64,000 bases of DNA from a virus. The notes under the pieces were generated by a model. That model worked only from the letters and a program-made list of their open reading frames with translations, did no database searches and was not told where the DNA came from. A program made the position numbers and the translations under genes. Where the stretch lies: IMG/VR virus record IMGVR_UViG_3300010430_000014, positions 1 through 64,000 of that record; one strand, written 5' to 3'. Below are positions 9,667 to 19,011 of this stretch, one piece after another (position 1 is the first letter of the stretch; every line of letters starts with the position of its first letter).

Positions 9667-9882
9667 ATGAAACTGTATTTTGTAGCATGGAAAATGTATG
9701 ATTCTGAACAATCAAACTTTGATTCACAATGGGTAGGATCTCAGGCTGAAGCTGCATCATTAAGAAAGAATGTAAGACAAAAACATGGTTACATACCAAA
9801 ATCAGTTGGAACAAAAACAATTAATGTGCCGACTGATAAAAGAGGTTTATTGAAATTTTTAAATGAACCTTCAAATTTCTAA
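9667..9882 (+). CDS. Hypothetical protein
   Basis: AAGGAG RBS; VPTDKRGLLKFLN. Confidence 0.65.
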   Translation: MKLYFVAWKMYDSEQSNFDSQWVGSQAEAASLRKNVRQKHGYIPKSVGTKTINVPTDKRGLLKFLNEPSNF

Positions 9883-9896
9883 AGGAATTATTAGTT

Positions 9897-10082
9897 ATGC
9901 CTAAAAAAATTAAAAGATTCTTTTCAACATATCGAGAAGCTAAAAAATATTTAAATACATTAATAAAAAGTAATTCTAATTTTAAACATACTCATATGAT
10001 TTACGATCTAAAGAAAACCCATCCAAGAAGAATAAAAACCCATTATTTAGTCGGAACATATTATGATTGGTTAGAATTATAA
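9897..10082 (+). CDS. Hypothetical protein
   Basis: AAGGA RBS. Confidence 0.55.
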   Translation: MPKKIKRFFSTYREAKKYLNTLIKSNSNFKHTHMIYDLKKTHPRRIKTHYLVGTYYDWLEL

Positions 10083-10122
10083 ATATTTAATTAATTTTTC
10101 GGGATCATAAGGAAAATTTGTT

Positions 10123-10584
10123 ATGAGTGATAATTGGTTTTCCAATTTTAAGCCATTCGATAAACCTATGTTATATGGTCTTTATCGTTATGAGACTCCA
10201 GAGCATTTCTATCAAGCAATGAAGACTGATAATAAAACCCAAAGACATATGATTGCAACTGCACATACTCCTGGGCAAGCCAAAAAGTTAGGACGCATAT
10301 GCGATATCAAACCTAATTGGAATGATATTAAAGATGATTACATGTTATATGCTCTCCAATATAAATTCAGAAAAGGTACACTATTTAATAAGCAATTATT
10401 GCAGACCAAAGGACTCATATGTGAATGGAATAAATGGCATGACAACTATTGGGGATCTTGCACTTGCAATACTTGCATATCTATTAAAGGAAAGAATAAA
10501 TTGGGCAAAATGTTAATGTCTATTCGGTTATTGTCTAAATTTGGAATAGAACCTAAGATATTAGCTGCATTAGTATTGAAATAG
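10123..10584 (+). CDS. NADAR (YbiA-like) family protein
   Basis: FSNF, EHFYQAMK, AKKLGR, WHDNYWG, GKNKLGKMLM. Confidence 0.92.
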   Translation: MSDNWFSNFKPFDKPMLYGLYRYETPEHFYQAMKTDNKTQRHMIATAHTPGQAKKLGRICDIKPNWNDIKDDYMLYALQYKFRKGTLFNKQLLQTKGLICEWNKWHDNYWGSCTCNTCISIKGKNKLGKMLMSIRLLSKFGIEPKILAALVLK

Positions 10585-10602
10585 TTTTATTTTAATCAGT
10601 AG

Positions 10603-10638
10603 ATAGCTCGGTCTTTAATTGGATCGGGCTATTTTTTT
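10603..10638 (+). terminator. Intrinsic terminator
   Basis: ATAGCTCGGTC/GATCGGGCTAT stem followed by T7. Confidence 0.8.
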
Positions 10639-10870
10639 GTCTTGAAATCCCCGAAAACCCCACTTTTAAATAACCTTCCGAAAATAAAGACATATCATTA
10701 TATAACCTTTTATAATAACCCATTTTTGCATATATAGGTTTAAATTACCGAATAATACGTTATTTTTTAATGTATTCCGCAGGTTGAAATTTTGAAAATT
10801 TATTATATATAGTATTCATATAAGGTTTTTGCAACTTTATTAATGAAAATGAAAAAATTGTAAAAAATTT

Positions 10871-11050
10871 GTAGCGGTAGGCGGTAGGTTCAATCAATCA
10901 ATTGAATTGGATCGGTCGGTTTTCAATTGATTGGCATTGTAATTGCATATAGTTAATTGATTAATTGATTGCATTCCAATTGATTGAACTTGACTTGATT
11001 GCAATTGATTAATTGATACAATTGCCTTGCAATCTGATAACCTTAACTTG
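10871..11050. repeat. Junction with GCGGTAG x2, then low-complexity ATTG/CAAT array
   Basis: GTAGCGGTAGGCGGTAGG then many AATTGATT units, CAATTG at 10899, 10924, 10977, 11002, 11019. Confidence 0.65.
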
Positions 11051-11159
11051 ATTGCACTTGAAAGCTTCATAATGGAATGCAATCCCATAAGGTATAGCAA
11101 TGCCACTTCAATATGATATCGTCTTATATATGGCAAATGAAGCGACATTGCTTTCAAGT

Positions 11160-11468
11160 TTAGATACCTTGATTGACCGTAGCAATATAAGCATTCATAG
11201 TATCCAGACAATGACTTTTGAAGGGCATATTAGCAATCAAAGGTATAAGCTTCACTTGATTACTTTCAATATGCCTAAAGTCAAATGCATTGTAAAGATA
11301 CCATGCGAATTGACGCAATGTTTCTTGACCTATATCAGATAGCAAATAGGTATCGATAATCCCGTCAATTTCTATCAAAGCAATATATTCAAATTCGCTT
11401 TTAGTATCCAGTATATCAGTAATGGAATTCAAAGCTTTGAAGCATTCGGTCTTATTGTTATCATTCAT
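11160..11468 (-). CDS. Hypothetical early protein
   Basis: GAAAGGA RBS on minus strand. Confidence 0.7.
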   Translation of the reverse strand: MNDNNKTECFKALNSITDILDTKSEFEYIALIEIDGIIDTYLLSDIGQETLRQFAWYLYNAFDFRHIESNQVKLIPLIANMPFKSHCLDTMNAYIATVNQGI

Positions 11469-11522
11469 TGTTTTATTTTCCTTTCAATGGTCTTATATTC
11501 AATTAAGTGCAATCGCTTCATA

Positions 11523-11602
11523 TACGGTAAATGATAAGCTTTAAAAGCAGAAAACCGATACCACTATAAAGCTAATTATGATATCGGTTTTCTTTTACCG
11601 TA
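11523..11602 (-). terminator. Long hairpin / possibly bidirectional terminator
   Basis: AGAAAACCGATA/TATCGGTTTTCT 12-bp stem plus outer TACGGTAA/TTACCGTA stem. Confidence 0.6.
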
Positions 11603-11611
11603 TTAAATGGA

Positions 11612-12577
11612 CTATGCGAATTTAGATGTTTTTAAATAAGTGAAAAAATCGCCATGATTAACTCCAGATAAATCATTGACTGAATTCTCATTCAAATATT
11701 CTGCAATCAAGCTTGACGTTTTATTATTCAATCCTTCCTGCTTCACCAAATCAACTACTTCAGATATAATCGATTTATCTGCAATCCCATATTGACTTGA
11801 CCAGTAGGCAAAGTCTTTCACTTCAGTATTGACCTTGCTATCAGATACACTGTTATCTGCAATCAAGTCAAGATCATTGCCTATAGCAATCAAGCTTTTG
11901 ACAGCAAGCTTCATGCTGTTCGGAGCAAATATCATTTGATTATTATTTGCATTCTTAAAAGCCTGCCATTGCGCTCTGGTAGTGGCATCAATAGTATCCA
12001 ATGAAGTGAAGTCAATTCCATTAATGAAAAATGAAAATTCGCTCAATTTATCCGCTTTACTGGACTTTGCGAATTTATGATTAAATTGACTTTTGAAAAG
12101 TTCGTATAATGCCTGAACTTCACCCTGCTCAAGACCTTCAATTACCGATTTAAACTCTGAAGTTTTTGCAGTCAATTTAGAATGCTGTTTTCTATTAATA
12201 ATGGTATCTGGATTACTATCGACAATTGCCATTGTCGGTAAAATTTTGGCAAAGTTACCATGCAGAGAATTAACTGCATTCAATGTTGACTTGATATCCT
12301 TAGCCGTGCTTGCGGTAAATTGATTGCATTCCATAATTACTTTGGTCAAAGCTTCAATATCGGATTGCATATTGACGGTATCTAATTGAAGGTTTTTAAT
12401 TTCTTGACGCAAAGCTTCAACTTGAGCAAATTTTTCGGCCGTCATAGAAGCTTCAGAAATGACCGAATCTTTACTTGCAAGCTTTGCAGCTAAACTACTT
12501 TTTTGTAATTGATTATTTGCATTTGCTGTAATGGGATTGACGTTTTTACTTGCATTTAATTTGTCTTTTAAACTCAT
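11612..12577 (-). CDS. Coiled-coil early protein (in-frame extension to 12754)
   Basis: GAAAGGA before MSLKDKL at 12577; second RBS and ATG at 12754. Confidence 0.75.
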   Translation of the reverse strand: MSLKDKLNASKNVNPITANANNQLQKSSLAAKLASKDSVISEASMTAEKFAQVEALRQEIKNLQLDTVNMQSDIEALTKVIMECNQFTASTAKDIKSTLNAVNSLHGNFAKILPTMAIVDSNPDTIINRKQHSKLTAKTSEFKSVIEGLEQGEVQALYELFKSQFNHKFAKSSKADKLSEFSFFINGIDFTSLDTIDATTRAQWQAFKNANNNQMIFAPNSMKLAVKSLIAIGNDLDLIADNSVSDSKVNTEVKDFAYWSSQYGIADKSIISEVVDLVKQEGLNNKTSSLIAEYLNENSVNDLSGVNHGDFFTYLKTSKFA

Positions 12578-12936
12578 GATTTTTCCTTTCATTTGGTTTA
12601 AATCAGCATAAATAGTGGGATTAAAAATCCTATGAATGATTATTTCATTTAATTCATTCTTAAAATATTGATTGACTGAAAAGCAATCAATTCTTGACTC
12701 TGCATATGGAATTAAGTGATTAATCATTGCGCTATTGCCAAAGGTATTTTCCATAATTTTTTCCTTTCTTTTTAAGTGTTAGTCCGATAGCTTATTCATT
12801 TGTTCCATAAATACCGAATAAGCTTTTACCTTACCTTCAATTGCTTTGCCTGTAGGATTATTCCCATTGAAAGCATTCCAGATAGTAAATAAGCAAATTA
12901 CGAAAACGATTGCTAATAAATAACCAATTAAAAATT

Positions 12937-13242
12937 TCATGATTCATTCCTTTCATTGTTTAAAATGCTTTCCAAGTCAGTTAAGTCAAAAACTGATTTT
13001 GAGTCAATTTGATAAGTGATGCAATTGTCTTTCAAGTATTCCCTTTCAAATTTTGCGTTTTCAATTGCTTCAAAGCTATCTGCAATTTCTTTTTTATTTT
13101 CCATATAAAATTCAAAAAATTGCGCTATTGCATTTGAGCAAAGCTTTGAAAGATTGACCTTGATTTTTTCTTGCATTTCAAGTTCTTTCAATTGCCTTGC
13201 TAAGTCCATTGGAATTGAGATGTTAGTTCGTTTTGTTTTCAT
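12937..13242 (-). CDS. Ribbon-helix-helix (CcdA-like) regulator
   Basis: KRTNISIPMDL...VNLSKLCSNAI. Confidence 0.7.
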   Translation of the reverse strand: MKTKRTNISIPMDLARQLKELEMQEKIKVNLSKLCSNAIAQFFEFYMENKKEIADSFEAIENAKFEREYLKDNCITYQIDSKSVFDLTDLESILNNERNES

Positions 13243-13315
13243 TGTTTTTAATTCCTTTCATGTAGTTAAATTGTTTTGTAGTTGTATAGTGTTTTGTGAT
13301 TGCCATTGAAGTTAA

Positions 13316-13344
13316 AATATAATTCATTAAAATGCTATTGTCAA
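13316..13344 (-). promoter_or_regulatory. sigma70 promoter, leftward
   Basis: TTGACA-17-TATATT on minus strand. Confidence 0.75.
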
Positions 13345-13557
13345 GTGTTTATACCTATTTTATTAAAGAAAAAGGGATTATTTTTTAAGTAATTGAATAA
13401 TATCTAATTAAATCAATTAATTAATTGTTATCAAATAATCAATTACGGTATTGTAATTAATTCTTATCAAATAACTGATTATTAGATTATTTCATTTGAT
13501 TGAAAAATATTTTTTTGCTTTAATTGAATATCTAATAATATTAAGTACTTATAAAAT

Positions 13558-13587
13558 TTGACAAGTCAATTTTTCTTATGATATACT
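13558..13587 (+). promoter_or_regulatory. sigma70 promoter, rightward
   Basis: TTGACA-18-TATACT with extended TGn; -35 lies in the TTGAC-AA-GTCAA palindrome. Confidence 0.75.
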
Positions 13588-13749
13588 GTTTTTAATCTAA
13601 TAAATTCAATTAGTTATTAGATTAATTGATTGACCGGAAAAACCTTACCAGAAAAAAGGAAAAAAAGCGATCAATCAATTAGGCAGGTGTGATTGAATCA
13701 TTTTTTAAGTGGCGTATGCTGAGAGATTGATTAAAAATAATTAATCAAT

Positions 13750-13782
13750 AACAAAGCTTCCACAGAAAAATTTTTCAATTAA
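13750..13782 (+). repeat. Dispersed leader motif ACAAA..CACAG.A.(A)TTTTTCAATTAA, copy 1 of 4 (others 16254-16290, 16788-16825, 23305-23336)
   Basis: Direct comparison; all copies are on the + strand, upstream of an RBS. Confidence 0.8.
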
Positions 13783-13832
13783 TTGTCAATTAATTCACAT
13801 TTCAAATCACATTCAATTAAAGGAGAGTAATT

Positions 13833-14663
13833 ATGAAAAAACATCATTTAATTAATCAATCAACTGGCATGACGTACTGTGGCATTAACCCTCTCAATCA
13901 ATTAATTGCATTTGAATATGAAAACGATTGGTTTGATTCAACTGTGCATCCAATTGATCATACCAATTATAAAGAAGTCCTCTGCATTAATTGTACGAAA
14001 CAGCATGACATTCAATTGATTGAAAAGTTTGAGTATGATGCATTCTTAATTGATTACAATAACCGATTGCCTAAAAGTGGTAGGGCAATGAAATTTTTTA
14101 AATCCCAATCCCGATTGAATCGAAAAGCCAATCAATCGAAAAAACCTTCCAATACCATTCAATCAAAACCTTCCGTACCTTCTAAAGAGAAGCAATCCAA
14201 ACCTGTTCAATCCAATCAATCAATCAAAACCTTTCCCAAATCATCTAAAGGCAAGGCAAGGCAAGAAAAGAAAAAAGCCAATCAATCAAAGGCTACTGAA
14301 TCAAAATGTGTTGTAATTGATAAGCCAAAAAAATCATTGATTGAAAAGCCCAAAGATGATATAATTGTATTAAAAGATGAAGTCAAACCATTGATTGATT
14401 TGTCTAAAGGTAGTCAAACGATTATTGCAATTGAAGAAGTTCCAATTGATAAGGATTGGCGATTCGGTGATCCAATTGAAAATGATGTAATTGAATTGGA
14501 AGTCAATGACGATTGGAAAATTGTTAGGCATGATAAGAAATTGAATCAATGGAAGTTTGTCAATCGAATCACCATTAAAGGATTGCCAAAATGGTCTGAT
14601 GATTCTGAATGGATTAATTATAAAGATGCTTGTCAATTAATCAATGACGGATACTGTGATTAA
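13833..14663 (+). CDS. Hypothetical early protein with K/S/Q-rich linker
   Basis: AAGGAG RBS; H..TYCG..CINC Zn-like N-terminus. Confidence 0.7.
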   Translation: MKKHHLINQSTGMTYCGINPLNQLIAFEYENDWFDSTVHPIDHTNYKEVLCINCTKQHDIQLIEKFEYDAFLIDYNNRLPKSGRAMKFFKSQSRLNRKANQSKKPSNTIQSKPSVPSKEKQSKPVQSNQSIKTFPKSSKGKARQEKKKANQSKATESKCVVIDKPKKSLIEKPKDDIIVLKDEVKPLIDLSKGSQTIIAIEEVPIDKDWRFGDPIENDVIELEVNDDWKIVRHDKKLNQWKFVNRITIKGLPKWSDDSEWINYKDACQLINDGYCD

Positions 14664-14670
14664 TCAATCA

Positions 14671-14741
14671 CCCTATTCCAGAACCCTATTCCAGAACTCA
14701 ATTAATCAATCCCTATTCCAGAACTCGATTAGGGATTGATT
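14671..14741 (+). repeat. CCCTATTCCAGAAC x3 with hairpin; 4th copy at 17703
   Basis: Copies at 14671, 14684, 14711; AATCAATCCCTA/TAGGGATTGATT stem. Confidence 0.8.
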
Positions 14742-14756
14742 GAAAGGATTAATATC

Positions 14757-15176
14757 ATGCAATTAACAATTAATACTGAACATTTAAATGCAATTGAAAA
14801 GTATTTGCAATTGACTTTCAATCAAACGAATCGAATCAGCGAAAATCATGTAATTATTAAGACTAATGCATTTCATTTCTATTCATTGCTTAGTCGAATG
14901 AATGAGGAATTGATTGAAGCTGATCTATTGAATGCCTATACAATTCCTTCTAATGGAATCAATGATGGTGGTATTGAATATAATGATGATGAAATGCAAT
15001 TGATTCGATCAGAAGAGATGATCGATAAGATTAGATTGATTGATCAAACTCCAGAACCCAATCAATGTAGCAATTGCATATGTTGTATGAATAAGGAATT
15101 TAATCCATTTTGCATTGAAAGGAATAAATCAGTTCAATTGAATGAAACCTGTATTAATCATGAAAGGAATGATTAA
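14757..15176 (+). CDS. Hypothetical protein, Cys-rich C-terminus
   Basis: GAAAGGA RBS; CSNC..C..C..H. Confidence 0.7.
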   Translation: MQLTINTEHLNAIEKYLQLTFNQTNRISENHVIIKTNAFHFYSLLSRMNEELIEADLLNAYTIPSNGINDGGIEYNDDEMQLIRSEEMIDKIRLIDQTPEPNQCSNCICCMNKEFNPFCIERNKSVQLNETCINHERND

Positions 15177-15376
15177 TGAATTATAAACGGCAATTGGAAT
15201 TGAAAGCAGATCCAGATCAATTGGCAATTGAGGAATTGACCAATCCTAAAATCAATCAATTAAACTTCACTGATTGGATTGCCGATAAACGTTCAATTGG
15301 TAAAAAGAAATTGAATCGAATCAGTAAAAGGCAAAGACGATTTGCAATTAAAAAGAAGCAATTGGGATTGCGATAA
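15176..15376 (+). CDS. Hypothetical basic protein
   Basis: TAATG coupling, RBS. Confidence 0.65.
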   Translation: MNYKRQLELKADPDQLAIEELTNPKINQLNFTDWIADKRSIGKKKLNRISKRQRRFAIKKKQLGLR

Positions 15377-15383
15377 TTCAATC

Positions 15384-15430
15384 AAGGCATATGGTCTGTA
15401 CTTGACATATGCCTTTTTATATTCTATAAT
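15384..15430 (+). promoter_or_regulatory. Consensus sigma70 promoter overlapping a terminator hairpin
   Basis: TTGACA(15402)-17-TATAAT(15425); AAGGCATATG/CATATGCCTT stem followed by TTT. Confidence 0.85.
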
Positions 15431-15481
15431 CAATTTTTCAATAACGTTCAATCACTTAATTAAATGAAAGGAATTAATCAT

Positions 15482-15748
15482 ATGAAGCAAAAAGATGCAA
15501 TCAATGGAGATACTTTAGGGGATATACAATTGGAATCATTTAATCATCCAATCAAGCAAACCTATGATCATTTTATGATAGTAAAAGCCGATGCCGAATC
15601 AATTGCCGAATCAATTAATCACTATCCATTATCTGAAATTGAAAATCAGGAAAAGCTTAATCAATTGATTAATACAATCGAAACCTATCGAGATAATATC
15701 CTATCACATCTGCATTGTATTGATGAAATAATTAACTCACCTGTTTAA
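15482..15748 (+). CDS. Hypothetical early protein
   Basis: GAAAGGA RBS. Confidence 0.7.
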   Translation: MKQKDAINGDTLGDIQLESFNHPIKQTYDHFMIVKADAESIAESINHYPLSEIENQEKLNQLINTIETYRDNILSHLHCIDEIINSPV

Positions 15749-15775
15749 TCAATCAATCATACAATTAAATAATTA

Positions 15776-15820
15776 AAGATCCCTGTTGCGATTCATTCAA
15801 TTGCAATCAGGGATTTTTAT
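15776..15820 (+). terminator. Intrinsic terminator
   Basis: ATCCCTG-TTGCGATT/AATTGCAA-CAGGGAT stem followed by T run. Confidence 0.7.
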
Positions 15821-15979
15821 TGCCTAAATTCCTAAATGAAAGGATCTATCAATGGATAAACAGTCAATCCTAATAGCTCTATTTTCAATCATAATTCTTT
15901 TAATATATCTGTATCCCGATATTTTAAAATGGCTAATCTCTCATTGAAATCACTCAATCAAATGAAAGGAATCAATCAA

Positions 15980-16192
15980 ATGGCTAATAAGAAATTCATT
16001 GTCTTTTGGCAAATGGGTAATCGAATTGGATCAATTGAATTCACTAATTCCAATTGGATTGAAGTTCAAAGTCTATTTACTTTCAATGTAATTCAAACAG
16101 ATGATTCAGGAACTATTCATTTGGAATTGCTTGGAAAAGCCAATTCAAATGTAATTAAACTATCCGATTTAATCATTCAATCACTTAATTAA
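15980..16192 (+). CDS. Hypothetical early protein
   Basis: GAAAGGA RBS. Confidence 0.65.
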   Translation: MANKKFIVFWQMGNRIGSIEFTNSNWIEVQSLFTFNVIQTDDSGTIHLELLGKANSNVIKLSDLIIQSLN

Positions 16193-16308
16193 TCAATCAA
16201 TCAATATATTAAAAAAATAGTAATGATTCATTAATTGATAATCATCCATATGTATATGACAAACCTATCACAGAAAATTTTTCAATTAAACTATGAAAGG
16301 AATCAATT

Positions 16309-16734
16309 ATGGGAAAGCAAATGATTAAAACAGATTTGAATTATGAACAATTGGCAGAAGCATTTCAGATTGAATTAGAGAATGTAGTATTACTCTATAA
16401 AGTAATCAACAATGACATTGACTTAGGCATATTTGAATCAGTTAAACAATTAAGAAGTCAATGCTACAATCCTCCCAAAGTAATTGATGAACAAATGGAA
16501 GCATTGAATGGATTGATTGAAGGATTTGGCATTGAAGCACTCACAAATGAAAACTTTTGGCATTCTCATTACTGGCAAGATACCTATGGATTATATGTCA
16601 ATCAAGGTGAATCCTATGCTTTGACAATCGTTTATAATGTGATTGATGATATATTTGAATTTACGTCAATGGGTGATTTTGTTGAATCTATGGAGAATCA
16701 ATTGCAATCAGAATCCGATGAAAATAATCTGTAA
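16309..16734 (+). CDS. Phage early-region hypothetical protein
   Basis: EGFGIEAL..YVNQGESY..TI motif; RBS. Confidence 0.75.
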   Translation: MGKQMIKTDLNYEQLAEAFQIELENVVLLYKVINNDIDLGIFESVKQLRSQCYNPPKVIDEQMEALNGLIEGFGIEALTNENFWHSHYWQDTYGLYVNQGESYALTIVYNVIDDIFEFTSMGDFVESMENQLQSESDENNL

Positions 16735-16751
16735 AATAATGTATTTTTTTC

Positions 16752-16780
16752 TTGACAAGTCAATCAATATTATATATAGT
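16752..16780 (+). promoter_or_regulatory. sigma70 promoter
   Basis: TTGACA-17-TATAGT; shares TTGACAAGTCAAT with 13558. Confidence 0.8.
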
Positions 16781-16866
16781 TCCATTTTATATGACAAACC
16801 CTTCACAGCAGTTTTTTTCAATTAACTACAAACAATTAACAATCTAATCAATCGAAAGGAGTCATT

Positions 16867-17694
16867 ATGGATCACAAATTTTTCAATCAATTAATCGAAG
16901 ACATTAACATTACTATTGGATTACACATTGATTCAATGGAAAACATTCATTCCAAATGCATTTGTGATGATCCTGAATGTCATGGCAAATGTCCTCATTG
17001 TTTAACAAAAATAAATATTCACAACCTATCCAATGCAATCACTTCTTTAAATGACTACACTATTAACACTTCCAATCTCATTCAATTAATTGATGCTGAA
17101 GCATTTCGATATGCATTAGAAAACCATACTGATTTAAAATGTGTCAAATGCTATCCTGTATTCAATGATCCTAATGCAGAACTCGATTACCCTAATTCAG
17201 AACCCGATTCATTTGCAATTGAAGCAACTTATGAAAGGTATGCAATGAATCCAATGGGATATCATATTGGATATGAAACTGTTGTATTTAAATGGATGGC
17301 AATTAAAAAGAGTCAATTAGAAATACTTGGATTACCTAAATTGCTTTCCAATTGGGTTGTAATGATTGATAAGTATGTAATTGAATCAAAAGATCTTCCT
17401 GATAATGAAGATCCAATTCATAATGCCGATTGCGAATTTGATGATGTTTTCGCTTCATTTGATAATTGCGATTGCGCTGATTCATTTGAAGGCTATTGGC
17501 AACCAGATGATGACTTCTTTTATCAAGAAATGAATCATATCATTGAAATGATGCAAATCCCTGAAGCATCATTCAATCCAGATAAACGTGAATGGTGGTT
17601 AGGTGATATCTCATTCAATCTCGATGAATTTGAATCAATTAAAGAATATCATGAATGTTGTATAGAAGATAATGGAATGCCTTTTACTGGATAA
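16867..17694 (+). CDS. Acidic Cys-rich hypothetical protein
   Basis: GAAAGGAG RBS; D/E-rich. Confidence 0.75.
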   Translation: MDHKFFNQLIEDINITIGLHIDSMENIHSKCICDDPECHGKCPHCLTKINIHNLSNAITSLNDYTINTSNLIQLIDAEAFRYALENHTDLKCVKCYPVFNDPNAELDYPNSEPDSFAIEATYERYAMNPMGYHIGYETVVFKWMAIKKSQLEILGLPKLLSNWVVMIDKYVIESKDLPDNEDPIHNADCEFDDVFASFDNCDCADSFEGYWQPDDDFFYQEMNHIIEMMQIPEASFNPDKREWWLGDISFNLDEFESIKEYHECCIEDNGMPFTG

Positions 17695-17747
17695 TTGATT
17701 ATCCTATTCCAGAACTCAATTAATCCTATTATAGAAAGGAATTAATC

Positions 17748-17891
17748 ATGGCGAAATGTATTCAATCAATCAAAGATGGTAAAGTTAAACGTGTATCCAA
17801 TGATCAAGCAAAAGAAGATGTTCAATCAGGCAAATGGAAGTATATAGGTAAATCAGAATACGCACGAATCAAACAATCAAAGGAGAAATAA
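17748..17891 (+). CDS. Small hypothetical protein (not in ORF track)
   Basis: GAAAGGA RBS; MAKCIQSIKDGKVKRVSND...WKY. Confidence 0.7.
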   Translation: MAKCIQSIKDGKVKRVSNDQAKEDVQSGKWKYIGKSEYARIKQSKEK

Positions 17892-17895
17892 GCCT

Positions 17896-18204
17896 ATGAT
17901 CTATTATGTAATTGATTGTGGATTCAATCAAACAAATTATCCTGATTTAATTGGGCAATTCTTTTCAAATGCTCCATCTTATTCAATTGTTAAATTATTA
18001 CCTGATCCTTATCGAAAACATAGCTGTTGGAATTGTGATAAGGATTGGATTGTAAAAGTTGAATTGAATAAAACAACAATTAATCTATCAGGTGAAAAAA
18101 CTCAATATTGTCCTGAATGCAATCAAAAGTCTTCCATTGCAAGTAATTGGATTCAATCAAATAATAATCCATATCCATTTCCAAAACCTAAACTAATTAA
18201 ATGA
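17896..18204 (+). CDS. Zn-ribbon hypothetical protein
   Basis: CWNC...CPEC. Confidence 0.7.
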   Translation: MIYYVIDCGFNQTNYPDLIGQFFSNAPSYSIVKLLPDPYRKHSCWNCDKDWIVKVELNKTTINLSGEKTQYCPECNQKSSIASNWIQSNNNPYPFPKPKLIK

Positions 18205-18216
18205 AAGGAGTCAATT

Positions 18217-18768
18217 ATGATAGTAATTTATTCACCGACTACCAAATCAAGAATGGCAATCGATGGTATTATCCGCAATCAATCATCCTTATGGTATCTC
18301 ATTGGAATTGGAATGGGATTTGAAACCTGTTGTTTACTTGTCAATTGCGAATCAGAAGATGAAGCAATGGGTATATATGCCGATTCCAAATACGCTCATT
18401 TAACTGAGGTTGAATTAAAAGATTTAAATGATCATCTTATTCCAGAACGTAAAGAAGCAATTGATTTAATGGAACAGATTAGAGATGAAGCTGAAGATGC
18501 AATTGATCAATTAGAAAATCAATATGATTATAAAGATTATAATTTGGATCAATCAGGTATTTGTATTCGTGATTGGGCAAATGATTTAAGTTCAATTGAT
18601 TGGGATAACGATGAACTTCATTCCAATCTCACTTATTTAGGTAATGAAAGCAAACCACATCAATTGGATGAATTACGATTGTTTGAATGCATTCCCAAAA
18701 GTCAAATTGATTTCTTTCACAAAAAGACCGATCTTATGTTCGATCCCAAACGCAATCAACAGTTTTAA
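18217..18768 (+). CDS. Acidic hypothetical protein
   Basis: GAAAGGAG RBS. Confidence 0.75.
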   Translation: MIVIYSPTTKSRMAIDGIIRNQSSLWYLIGIGMGFETCCLLVNCESEDEAMGIYADSKYAHLTEVELKDLNDHLIPERKEAIDLMEQIRDEAEDAIDQLENQYDYKDYNLDQSGICIRDWANDLSSIDWDNDELHSNLTYLGNESKPHQLDELRLFECIPKSQIDFFHKKTDLMFDPKRNQQF

Positions 18769-18784
18769 TTAAAAGGAATCAATT

Positions 18785-19009
18785 ATGCCAGATAAACTAT
18801 TACCATTAGACAATCGAATATTGAATGCAGGTAATCATATTTGTAAATGGTGGAATCAATCAAGTAAAAAGGATGGTCATTGGGATAATGAAGGATATAA
18901 ACAGGGATTAAGGGATGCATTAGTAATTCTAAAAAAGCATCATGTAATTGAAAATTATTCAATGATCAATGGAATTACTCTAAACGAATCAGATAAACGA
19001 AAGGATTAA
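18785..19009 (+). CDS. Hypothetical protein
   Basis: RBS. Confidence 0.65.
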   Translation: MPDKLLPLDNRILNAGNHICKWWNQSSKKDGHWDNEGYKQGLRDALVILKKHHVIENYSMINGITLNESDKRKD

Positions 19010-19011
19010 TT

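Noticed and set aside
10894-11342. ORFs 10894..11211 (-) and 11100..11342 (+)
   Set aside because: They run through the low-complexity ATTG tract or lie antisense to an RBS-bearing gene; no convincing RBS
14671-14726. CCCTATTCCAGAAC repeats as a mini-CRISPR
   Set aside because: Units are only 13-16 bp, adjacent or about 11 bp apart
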